A stretch of 64,000 nucleotides of DNA. Source: Elusimicrobiota bacterium. GTDB lineage: Bacteria > Elusimicrobiota > Elusimicrobia > Elusimicrobiales > UBA9959. Made by a program: the position numbers and the translations under genes. The notes beneath the pieces are model-generated. The model was not told where the DNA came from. It saw only the letters and a program-made list of their open reading frames with translations, and ran no database searches. The stretch lies in contig JAUSCK010000173.1 in assembly GCA_030651035.1 (NCBI GenBank), positions 4,177 to 68,176 of the forward strand, written 5' to 3'. Positions 51,401-59,700 of this stretch are shown here, piece after piece (positions within the stretch are counted from its first letter, which is position 1; every line of letters begins with the position of its first letter).

Positions 51401-53773
51401 GCAGCCGATCTCTAATATGTTCTTCGGACCTGCTGCCAGGATCCTGGATGTCGTTTCATCGACCCATTTCTGCATCTCTATCTCGGGGATAGGCTCACCG
51501 GTATAACTGTTGGTCCAGGTGGTGAAATCGCTGGTGGCGGCCACATCGAAATCATGGTCGTATTGATAATCGAACAGGTTCTGCCAGCCCTCCAGGAGAT
51601 TTTCCGAGAAAGAGGAGGACAGTTCCTCCCCTTGCGAATCGCTTGGCACGATATACGCGGCAAGCTGCTTAAGGCCCGGAGTATCTTCGCGCATAATTAC
51701 CACGGCATCTTTTACCGATGGCTGCTTCAGAAGCGCCAGCTCGATCTCGCCCAGCTCGACCCGAAAGCCGCGGATCTTGATCTGGTGGTCTATCCGGCCC
51801 AGGTATTCTATTGCTCCGTCAGGCTGATATCGGGCAAGGTCCCCTGTCTTATAGAGCCGGGCTCCAGGAAGGCCGCTGAAGGGGTCCGGGGAAAATTTCT
51901 CGGCCGTCAGGTCGGGACGCAGGTGGTAGCCTCTTGCCAAGCCGACCCCCCCGATACAAATCTCCCCGCCGGAGCCGATAGGCGCCAGATTGAAATCACG
52001 GTCTACGATATAAAGCCGGATATTCGCTATCGGCCAGCCGATGGGGACGCAGGGCCTCTTATCAGCGGGAAGACACTGGTAAGATGAGACATCGATCGCG
52101 GCTTCGGTAGGCCCGTACAGATTATGCAGTTCCGCGGTTTTAAAGACCTGGTGAAATCGCGAGCAGAGATCTTTTGAAAGGGCTTCCCCGCTGCAGATAA
52201 CATGCCGGACGGAGGGCAGCGACCCGGCTGCGGGCTCATCAAGAAAAATCCTCAGCATCGAAGGGACGAAGTGCAATGTCGTTACTTTATGGGTCCGGAT
52301 AGTCTCGGCAAGACAGGCTGTGTCCAGGTGCCCTTTAGGCCGGAGCATGACGAGAGCCGAGCCGGAAATGCAGGGCCAGAGGAATTCCCAGACGGACACA
52401 TCAAATGCGTAAGGCGTTTTTTGCAGGACGCGATCAGCCTCATTGAGGCCGAAAGTTTTCTGCATCCAATACAGCCTGTTCATCAGGGCCTCGTGGGAAT
52501 TCATCGCGCCTTTAGGCCGCCCGGTCGAGCCGGACGTGAAAATCATGTATGCAAGGCCGGCCGGCGATATGGAGATTCCCAGATCCCCTTCTTTTTCATT
52601 GGCGATCTTGTCCGTTTCGCCATCAAGGGCTATAGCGCTGCAGCCAATGGACGCAAGCATCGGAAGAAAATGCGCCTGTGTTAAAACCAGTGGCTTACCG
52701 GAATCTTCGAACATGAATTGAAGCCGGTCCGCCGGCAGCTCCGGGTCCAGGGGGACGTAAGCCGCGCCGGCTTTGATTATCCCCAGTATGGAAATGACCA
52801 TTTCCGGAGACCGGTCCAGGCATAATCCGACGAGAGCGTCGGCCCCTGCGCCTTTTTTCCTGATGAAGCGGGCCAGGCGGTTGGCAAGCGAGTTGACCTT
52901 CGCATAGGTCAGGGTCCCGCTGTCAGAAATAATACAGGGAGAATCCGGAGCAGCCGCGGCCTGCGCTTCGAATGCGGCCGCCGCATTCGGGAAACCCTGA
53001 TATGGCCGGGCCTTCTTATTCCAAATTTCTTTTTGAGTGCGCACCTCTGCCCCGGTGAGGATCTTGATGTTACTGACAGGGCCGTCCAATCCGTATAAGC
53101 CATTATCAAGCGCGGAACAGAGGTGATCGAAAAAAGCCAGGATAGCAGGGGGCTGGTATCGGCTATTTTCGAAAGTCATCTTAAGATCGATGCCTGCCCC
53201 TTCATGATGGACCTCAAGGACAAGCGGGCTTGAATGACCGGGGAATGGCTTATGAAGACCTTTGGTCGAGATCAGGAGGCCGAAGTCTTCAGCGGTTCCC
53301 TTAAGATCACTTCGCGCGGAATCCTCTACCATCGCGTGATAGGGGAAGCCCTGATGCACATAAGCGGCCTGCAATAAATTCCGGGTTTCCTTCAGGACTG
53401 TTTGAAAGGAGTCTGTTTCAAGGATGCCGCTGGAAATAGGGAGGATGTTGGCCGGCTCGTCCTGGCCTGCGGGAGGCACCCCGATGGTGGTTTGGTCGTT
53501 TCCCGTGTAAACGCGCAAACAGATCTTTGCCGCCGCCGTAACAGCCGTATGAAGCAGCAGATCCGAACCTTGGCAGAGGTCCTGTAAGGATTTAAGGGTC
53601 TCTTTAGGCAGTTTCAGACTGAGAGTTGTGGCGCCGGTAATCGGCGTCCGGCTATCAGCAGCATCCGAAACCGGGGAGAGTGCGGCCGGGACGCCGCAGT
53701 TCGCGGCGAAATTCTCGAGCCGTTTTCCCCAGAATTTCCTCAGTGCGGTAACATCGGATATTTTAGAAATCAT
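45437..53773 (-). CDS. NRPS: truncated-C - A(embedded methyltransferase) - T - E - C - A - T
   Basis: The N-terminal ~240 aa correspond to a C-domain C-lobe only, with no HHxxxDG. The first A domain (FTSGSTGRPKG, NLYGPTE) is interrupted after IRGFRVELGEIE by a SAM-methyltransferase (ILEIGCGTGLLL). It is followed by T (GVDSIVS), E (HHLVADAVS), C (HHHLILDGWS), A (FTSGSTGKPKA, NEYGPTE) and T (GGHSLMA). Confidence 0.93.
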   Translation of the reverse strand: MISKISDVTALRKFWGKRLENFAANCGVPAALSPVSDAADSRTPITGATTLSLKLPKETLKSLQDLCQGSDLLLHTAVTAAAKICLRVYTGNDQTTIGVPPAGQDEPANILPISSGILETDSFQTVLKETRNLLQAAYVHQGFPYHAMVEDSARSDLKGTAEDFGLLISTKGLHKPFPGHSSPLVLEVHHEGAGIDLKMTFENSRYQPPAILAFFDHLCSALDNGLYGLDGPVSNIKILTGAEVRTQKEIWNKKARPYQGFPNAAAAFEAQAAAAPDSPCIISDSGTLTYAKVNSLANRLARFIRKKGAGADALVGLCLDRSPEMVISILGIIKAGAAYVPLDPELPADRLQFMFEDSGKPLVLTQAHFLPMLASIGCSAIALDGETDKIANEKEGDLGISISPAGLAYMIFTSGSTGRPKGAMNSHEALMNRLYWMQKTFGLNEADRVLQKTPYAFDVSVWEFLWPCISGSALVMLRPKGHLDTACLAETIRTHKVTTLHFVPSMLRIFLDEPAAGSLPSVRHVICSGEALSKDLCSRFHQVFKTAELHNLYGPTEAAIDVSSYQCLPADKRPCVPIGWPIANIRLYIVDRDFNLAPIGSGGEICIGGVGLARGYHLRPDLTAEKFSPDPFSGLPGARLYKTGDLARYQPDGAIEYLGRIDHQIKIRGFRVELGEIELALLKQPSVKDAVVIMREDTPGLKQLAAYIVPSDSQGEELSSSFSENLLEGWQNLFDYQYDHDFDVAATSDFTTWTNSYTGEPIPEIEMQKWVDETTSRILAAGPKNILEIGCGTGLLLYKIAPLINSYHGIDASIIGINRIGEHLAKTSFKDRVTLEKRMAHEISGLPGMRYDTIVINSVAQYFPTVEYLLEVIEKSLALLTPGGHVFIGDVRNFDLASVFYLYSRARRAAPGTPVSQIKALAEIDAVNETELFVSPAFFESLSVRFPEIGSIDISVKSSSHLNELTQFRYDVLLTKGPATAEPSPEVLPDFSGNDSLEPVARALRSRNPRNVLVQGIPNTRLRVPLECSRLSDLLPPSTTACKLLAEADLRPALKHFDPAELWQLGESLGYKVEVNWGGAGHAGSVNALFKKSGNYSAARPAVPDKIEFQKRMKYWASAPLRIDKGQLSALLKTQLAKTLPDYMVPAVFVFLGSIPLSPNGKIDRRQLPPPKFESAPGQAPGFVNPLEEKIAGVWSNLLNRDPFRADADLFELGVDSIVSMQAVSRLIKLDIHLTFKELMENPTIAAQAKIASAKLEKLVSAPGFRPSEGPLSPLQHWFFSHEQVERDHWNLSLTLAVQNAVDPDKLSEAIQYVFQHHDALKLRFDRPGSLWTQHVSHAGTEQLCVQRIDHSKITPDKAAEQRKLARARLAKSLDIEQGPVSGAILFEGGRQGSSFLFLTVHHLVADAVSLRIIAEDIQTVYEQLTTGKQVFLPAPGANFLSWTTNLAKIYSKPERSEIEYWSRITAGRGGSRSQRASSPNSEILSATETISVGPEETAALQKMAELHRASMGDVVLAVFALELSRRLGIDLVYLDVEGHGRDPVGSADDFSRTVGWFSSLYPVALDARGAPDLEVMLQRVVSALRTVPHSGIGFRAILAYWQDGAQSGLETAPNPSICFNYLGNFDAGNNKAIFSLVRGEMDPLTDPNAIRSHDLDVSGEVREGILSTSIKYGTVLHEKKDITELLEQMRGSLSGIRKINAGADRQEWPLTSVQEGMMFESNLAPNSGIYIMQMACRFEGNFDRAAFIRAWAKIMDAHAVLRSAFITNETGHTRAIVREGVRMPVSGLDWSGVDKTLHARQLEEFLKTDRLTDFDLSKAPLMRGALIKLDDRSHYFIWTHHHLILDGWSVGIVLKDLFSAYVSEQGHSVSTPIPSRSFSTYLNWLAERRTDSSRAFWQSALAGLVNPAKFGIELEKKTVTNGLASGHGKVSLKLDPAECAALNTLAKNARVTLNTVFQGAWGLLLSQYCGRNDVCFGTIVSTRPAELLTGDPVAGPFINTLPLRLNIDKGLDCHQWLQTVQSSIVGMLPHSHCSLIDIQNWSGTARGTGLFESIIAFENYPVSDLINGNSGGFSVCGVEWRESTEFPLSVVIIPGAAISVDLQYRCDSYPAWVIDRLLSNYKRILKTLCAFPKRPLAGLEINDEKESEWQLRTFNDTRSSFPSESTIISLFQDKAALAPGATALAAGGVRLTFSELNAKANRLAHYLRSLGSGPGQIVGICQARGIDSILSILAVLKTGAAYAPIDPALPEERIKTILEDTGIKTVLALGDVISILPEANKIIDIGRETHFWAGLSPDNLPETGHPLSLAYVLFTSGSTGKPKAVMIHHRGLVNYASWCIAAYHYDKGQGAPLISSLSYDLPVTAVFGALISGQTLHIHPEPDTLDSLIAGLRTGADYSVVKLTPAHLEVLSRSLEASDPSRGARVFVIGGEQLLAETLDWFKRAMPDTLLVNEYGPTETVVGCSTHTVGAASPSSGAIPIGRPIANTQLYILNDEMRTIPRGATGELYIGGEGVCRGYFGHPGLTAEKFVPDPFTTAPGKRLYRTGDLARFTEQGELEFTGRNDFQVKVRGFRVELGDIEAVLIKQEGVRAAIALAHAGHDGHTKITAYLVSDKESGLDKDILRERLKQCLPPHMIPAALVILEAFPLTANGKVDRHVLEKLPAANDRAEPDTTFTPTEQKLAVFWQEILGCGQIGKHDDFFAAGGHSLMASRVRARIKSEFGLEMPLKVVFEQRTISELALAVDKLVQEAEGALLDRLEQLSDEEARELLSKEDL

Positions 53774-53934
53774 GAGCCAATTCTCAGGTTGTGCTTTCCG
53801 ATCTGAAGTCGATCACCGCAAAATGGTTAATTTGGCCGTTTCAATTATGCTATTTTATAATGATATGTAATTTTAGTAAATATAGAGTTCTATAGAGAAA
53901 TAGAAGTTGAAATCTCCCGATTAAAAAGGGGCCT

Positions 53935-56427
53935 ATGCTAACCGGCCCGGAGAATTTCCCGGGCCCGGCTCGGGATATCAGGGAAAATCATTGGATCCCG
54001 GCGGCCTGTTCCGGCATGGAAAAAGCACGATCTTCAACAATTTCAGGGTTTCTCTCCGCAATATTATGTGCCGGGTTGTTGTCCGTCGGCTTGCGCGGAT
54101 TCAGCCGCGTTCCGGCGCTGGAAGCGATCATTGATCCGGTACGGGGGATCTGGAAAAACACCGCGCCGCGGAAACATACGGACGTAAAACTCGGTTCGCT
54201 CCATGCCCGGTCGGCCGTCATCTGGAATAAAACGGATATCCCCTATATTTTCTCGTCGACACCTGAAGACCTTTATCGCGTCCAGGGCTACGTCCTGGCC
54301 AGCCAGAGACTATGGCAAATGGAATTCCTCGCCCGCGCCACAGCCGGCCGGTTGTCCGAACTTTACGGACCAATGGCCCTTGACCTGGATAAATTTAACA
54401 GGGCCGCGGCCTTGCCCCGGTCGGCGGAGATAATACTTGCCGAAGCAATGAAGGACCCTTTCACGAAGATGGCGCTGGAAGCATACGCTGAAGGTGTAAA
54501 TGAATACATAAAGACCCTTGATAAGGCAAGCAGGCCTGTCGAGTATAAATTCTTCAATGTTTACCCGGAGCCATGGACCCCGCTTAAAAGCGCGCTGGTT
54601 TACATAAGTTTATCCTGGCAGCTGTCAGGTTATGATTCCCGGGCGGAGCTAAGGCGCTCAAATACTCTGCAGCGCCTTGGCCAGGACCGCTTTCAACGGA
54701 TATTCCCGGCAAAGCGCCCCTGGGCGCACCCGATGACGAACTCTGTTTGTAAGCCGAGGACGGCCGCTGGTCCTGTTCCCGACGAGGGGATGGATCTTCA
54801 ATTTATTCCGATAGACAAAGGTTTCTGGCCGCCCCCGGGCATCGGAAGCAACGCGTGGGCCGTTCGGTTCGGATCCCCCGGCGCCTATTCAACGCTTCTC
54901 GCCAGCGATCCCCATCTTCCTTTGACTTCTCCTTCGATCTGGTTTTTAAATCAGCTTAGCGACGGCGGCCACACGGTCCTTGGGGCAAGTGTCCCCGGCG
55001 TTCCGGGGGTTATTGTAGGCTCTAATTCCGATTACGCGTGGAGCGTTACAAATGGAGGACTCGACGTTGTCGATTGGTACGGCATTAAATTCAAAGATGA
55101 CTCCTGGAGCGAGTACGAGCTTGACGGAGCCTGGGTCCGGACGACCCGCCGCAATGAGCTGATCCGTGTCAGGGGAAGCAAAGAGGTTAATGTGCCGGTT
55201 ACCTTTACCCATCATGGCCCGGTCTCTTTTGGCTATGAGAGCGGCGGGAAGCGCGTCGGTTTGGCTATGCATTGGTCAGGGCATTCAAAGACGAACCCTT
55301 TCGCCGTTTTTTTGCGGCTGGACCGGGGCGCCGACCGATCGGCGTTCAAGGCCGCCCTCGCGGGCTTAAGCATGCCGCTTAATTTCCTGTACGCGGACCG
55401 GAAAGGCAATATCGCGGGCTACACGGCGGGATCTATCCCTGAGCGGTTATCCGGAACCGGGAAACACCTCAGCGACGGCTCCAGGTCCGCGAATGATTGG
55501 CGCGGATATCTGCCGTCATCGGAAGCGCCGAGGACGGAAAACCCTAAGTCTAATTATGTTTTTTCGGCGAACCAGGACCCCGTCGGCGCCAATTCTCATG
55601 TTTACCTGGGAATTTTCCCGCCGGATTATCGGGCGGCCAGAATTGAAGAACTCCTTCGGGCGGGGCCGGTTGAAAAGATCGGGACACATCTTAAAATGCA
55701 GCTTGATGAGAAATGCCCGGAAGCTGAAATCGTGCTGCCTGAATTATTAAAGCTCGTTTCTAGAAAAGAACTTTCGCCCTTTGAGCTCCAGGCGCTTGGC
55801 CTTTTGCTTAATTGGGATTTTTTAGCGGCCGCGAACGACCCGGCGCCAAGCGTATTCGAGGCCTGGTGGAGAACTTACCGTAAGCTTGCCTGGGAGAAGG
55901 AAGCCGGAAAGGACGCCGCATTGATGGAACCGCCGGGAACAGATCTGTATGCGGCCTGGCTTACCGGGAATAAAGACTCGTCCGCAAAGACCCCGCCCGA
56001 CAGCAAAGCGCCCGGACGGCTTGCGACCGAAGCGCTTCACCAGGCTGTCCTTGAACTGGTGAAAAAATATGGCGCGGCCCCGGCTCAGTGGCAGTGGGGA
56101 AAAATAAATGAAGTCACTATCGCCCATGTCTCCCGAATCCCTAATTTTGGGCAGCGGGCCCCATGGGTTAACGGCGGCCTGCAGTCATTGAATGCATTTC
56201 ACGGCTCATACGGGCCCAGCTTGCGGCTGATCGTGCAGTTTGACTCGCATGGCCCTAAAGTTATGGCCGGGTATCCGGGCGGGGCGTCAGGTAACCCTGG
56301 AGACCCGCTTTCAGCTTCGCTGGTAAACGAGTTCATGGCCGGCAAGCTCAATCCGGTCGCCTTCGCGCTCAAAGAGACGGATCTCCCGGCCGATAGTTCC
56401 GTCCAGATCTTCAGGAGCTCAAAATGA
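53935..56427 (+). CDS. Penicillin/AHL acylase-family Ntn hydrolase (PvdQ-like)
   Basis: 830 aa. It has an N-terminal anchor/signal and a GSNAWAV nucleophile motif at the predicted alpha/beta cleavage site. An alternative start lies at 54016. Confidence 0.85.
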   Translation: MLTGPENFPGPARDIRENHWIPAACSGMEKARSSTISGFLSAILCAGLLSVGLRGFSRVPALEAIIDPVRGIWKNTAPRKHTDVKLGSLHARSAVIWNKTDIPYIFSSTPEDLYRVQGYVLASQRLWQMEFLARATAGRLSELYGPMALDLDKFNRAAALPRSAEIILAEAMKDPFTKMALEAYAEGVNEYIKTLDKASRPVEYKFFNVYPEPWTPLKSALVYISLSWQLSGYDSRAELRRSNTLQRLGQDRFQRIFPAKRPWAHPMTNSVCKPRTAAGPVPDEGMDLQFIPIDKGFWPPPGIGSNAWAVRFGSPGAYSTLLASDPHLPLTSPSIWFLNQLSDGGHTVLGASVPGVPGVIVGSNSDYAWSVTNGGLDVVDWYGIKFKDDSWSEYELDGAWVRTTRRNELIRVRGSKEVNVPVTFTHHGPVSFGYESGGKRVGLAMHWSGHSKTNPFAVFLRLDRGADRSAFKAALAGLSMPLNFLYADRKGNIAGYTAGSIPERLSGTGKHLSDGSRSANDWRGYLPSSEAPRTENPKSNYVFSANQDPVGANSHVYLGIFPPDYRAARIEELLRAGPVEKIGTHLKMQLDEKCPEAEIVLPELLKLVSRKELSPFELQALGLLLNWDFLAAANDPAPSVFEAWWRTYRKLAWEKEAGKDAALMEPPGTDLYAAWLTGNKDSSAKTPPDSKAPGRLATEALHQAVLELVKKYGAAPAQWQWGKINEVTIAHVSRIPNFGQRAPWVNGGLQSLNAFHGSYGPSLRLIVQFDSHGPKVMAGYPGGASGNPGDPLSASLVNEFMAGKLNPVAFALKETDLPADSSVQIFRSSK

Positions 56428-56789
56428 AGGTTATTCTCGCAAGAACGGCGCAGCTTTTCACGGCGGCTTTTGGCGACTGCCTGTTAGGCTTCTCCGGCAT
56501 AGCCGTTTTCGGCTTCCTGACCTGCTTTATGTGGTCATATAGAGACCGCAATTCAAGATCAGTGCTCTGGACTTCTATCGGCGCCGGCGGCTGGTCCCTC
56601 GCTTTATGTCTTCCTCCGGCTATGGGGGCAGACCGGCTAATTGCCGCCAAAACCGCTTCCGCCTTCGGCTTACCAAGCGCTATCCTCCTGGTGTTCGTGA
56701 CCTTGATATATATTATGGCGCTCTCCGCGTCCGCCGGGATGGCAGGCGCGCGATTTGGCCGTTTATCGGCCGGCGGGCTGAAAAAATGA
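56424..56789 (+). CDS. Small polytopic membrane protein (unknown function), translationally coupled on both sides
   Basis: 121 aa with 3-4 hydrophobic helices. There are ATGA overlaps with the acylase stop (56424-56427) and with the FAAL-NRPS start (56786-56789). Confidence 0.6.
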   Translation: MKVILARTAQLFTAAFGDCLLGFSGIAVFGFLTCFMWSYRDRNSRSVLWTSIGAGGWSLALCLPPAMGADRLIAAKTASAFGLPSAILLVFVTLIYIMALSASAGMAGARFGRLSAGGLKK

Positions 56790-59700
56790 CGGATAATAAA
56801 TTCAGGAAACACATCGGTCTTATTAAAGGATCCAAGTCGCTAGCCGACATAGGCCGTCACTATGCCAAAACACAGGGGTCGGCGACGGCTTTCACCTTTC
56901 TTGGAAAAGATGACGGCGATAATCAGAGTCTCGATTACGCTGCGGTCGACCTGCGCGCCCGCGCGATAGCGGCCTCCCTGAGCTGCTCGATGCATAAAGG
57001 CGAGCGGGCTTTATTATTGTACCCGCCGGGCCTTGGATTTGTCGAAGCGTTCTTAGGATGCATTTATGCCGGTATTATCGCGGTGCCTGCCTATTTGCCT
57101 CAAAAAAGAAAAGAGCACTGGCAGCGTCTCGCTCTTATCTCCCGAACGGCCGAAGTCCGCGCCGTCCTTACTTCAAGATCCGTAACTTCAGATTGGGATA
57201 AAACCCCGGAAATAGCGGCAATGTTCGAAGCGTGCCAGCTCATTGCAACGGACTCCATCGGTCCTTCGCCGGCGTCTTCATGGAATTATCCTGACGTAGA
57301 GCCGACTGACCTGGCTTTCCTGCAATTCACATCGGGCTCGACCGGCGATCCCAAGGGCGTCATGGTCAGCCATAAAGCGCTACTGAGCAATGAATTGATG
57401 ATAGCGGATTCTTTTGGGAACGATGACGGCCTTGTGACGGCCGGCTGGCTTCCGCTCTATCACGATATGGGATTGATCGGGAATGTCCTGCAGCCGTTCT
57501 GCCTTGGCGGTCACTCGGTGAACATGTCCCCGGTGTCTTTCCTCCAAAGTCCCATTACCTGGCTTTCAATGATCTCTAAATTCGGCGCTACAACAAGCGG
57601 AGCCCCGAATTTTGCTTATGACCTGTGCGTTCTCCGGATAACCGATGAACAAATGTCCGGCTTGGACCTAAGCAAGTGGACTATCGCATTTAATGGGGCG
57701 GAACCCATACGGGCGGAGACCTTAAAGCGCTTCAGCGAAAAATTTGCGCCCTGCGGCTTTTCCAAAGAATCGTTTTTTCCCTGCTACGGCCTCGCCGAAG
57801 CGACCCTCCTCGTATCCGGCGGCCCGGTACGAAGGGAGTATCGCCGGCTCATGCTGGACGGGAAGGCCCTTGAGCGGAATAAAATAGAACTATCGGACAC
57901 GGCCGGCAAAGATACGCGGACGCTGGTCAGTTCCGGACGGGTCGTTCCGGGCCAGCAGCTTGCCATCGTGGACCCGGAGCACCTGACCAGATGTCCTTCC
58001 CGAACGGTCGGCGAGATCTGGCTGAAGAGTCCAAGCGCGGCCAGGGGGTATTGGAACCAGGCTGAGGCGACCCGAAGGACTTTCCAGGCCGATATTCCAG
58101 GCGAAAGCGGAGCTCATTATTTACGCACCGGCGACCTTGGTTTCATCCATGAGAACGACCTTTACATCTCCGGCAGATTAAAGGATATGATCATTATCCG
58201 CGGACGGAATATTTATCCGCAGGATATCGAGGCCGCTGTTCAAAGCTCGCATCCGGCATTCAGAGCCGGCGGCGGCGCCGCTTTCTCGATCGACCATGAC
58301 AACGAGGAGAAATTAATTATCGTTCAGGAAGTTGAACGCACGCAGGCCAGGAGCCTTGATAAAGAGGGCGCCGCGCGCATAATAGCGCAGGCGATCGGAG
58401 AAGCGTTCGGCATCCAGGTCCACGATGTCATGCTCATCCGGCATGGCACCTTAGTGAAAACCTCGAGCGGGAAGATCGAACATCGCACGTGTAAGCGCAA
58501 GTACCTAGAGAGCGGGCTGGTCCTCCAGTATCCAAAAGTTGTCCCGCCTAAAATTGCCGAAACCGCACCGCCGCCCGGGGATCCGCTCGATCAGCTAAGG
58601 CACATGGCGGCCAGTATACTTAAGGTCCGCCCCGAATCAATTGATCCATCCGTGTCGCTGATAGCTTATGGACTTGATTCCCTGGCGACGCTGGCCATGC
58701 AGCACGCTCTTGAATTGGAATTCACCGTAAAAATTCCCGCTGATAAAATGTTCTCCGGTCCCAGCCTTAATTCCATAGCTGAACTCCTGGCCCTTCAGGC
58801 GCCGGCACATCCGCGGAAAGACAGCGGCGACAGGGAACCCTCGGAAAAGGCCCCCCGCAGCGCTGAGGACGGACAAGAGCCCGTGCGGACGGGTCTTGCG
58901 CTTAATCAAAAAGCGCTCTGGACACTTTACCAGCTGGATCCGACGAGTTCCGCGTATAATGTAGCGGCCGCTATCCGTTTTGACGAATCGCTGGATGAGG
59001 GCCGGCTTAAAGCCGCTTTTTATGAAGTAATACGGCGTCACGAGAGCTTGCGCGCGGTATTTGACGCGACCGATGATCAGCCTGCGCAGTCCTTCGTTCA
59101 GGAGAATCCGCGGGCATTCAGCTGGGTGAGAGTTGTTAATGAAGCTGAATCTTTTTTTTCCGAGAGGATAGGCCTTTGCGCGAAAGAGCCTTTCGACCTG
59201 AAGTCGGGACCGGCCTTCCGGGCCACTTTATTCGAAAACATCGGCCATTACAGCGTGATGCTGATCTCCGCGCACCATCTTGTGATCGATCTCTGGTCGA
59301 TGGTCCAGATCATAGAGGAGCTCGCTATAATTTATTCAGGCGGCGATCTGAGCGGCCGCCCTCCCCCGCGCCCCTACGCGGATTTCGTCGCTTTGTCAGA
59401 GCGCCGGATGAAAGATCCCGGTTTTAAAGCTCAATGGAACTATTGGGAAGGCCAGCTTTCAGGTCCGTTGCCTGTGCTGACGCTTCCGACAGACCGGCCA
59501 AGGCCGCGGTTCCAGAGTTTCGCGGGGGAAAGCATCGTCCTTAAAGTCGGCGCTGATACCGCGGAAAAAGTGAACGCTCTCGCTAAAAAAGAAAACTGCA
59601 CTCCCTTCACACTGCTGCTTGCCGGATATCTGGCGCTCCTTCATCGCTACACGGGAGAAACTGATATCTGCGTCGGGTGCCCCACGGCGGGGCGGCCCGA

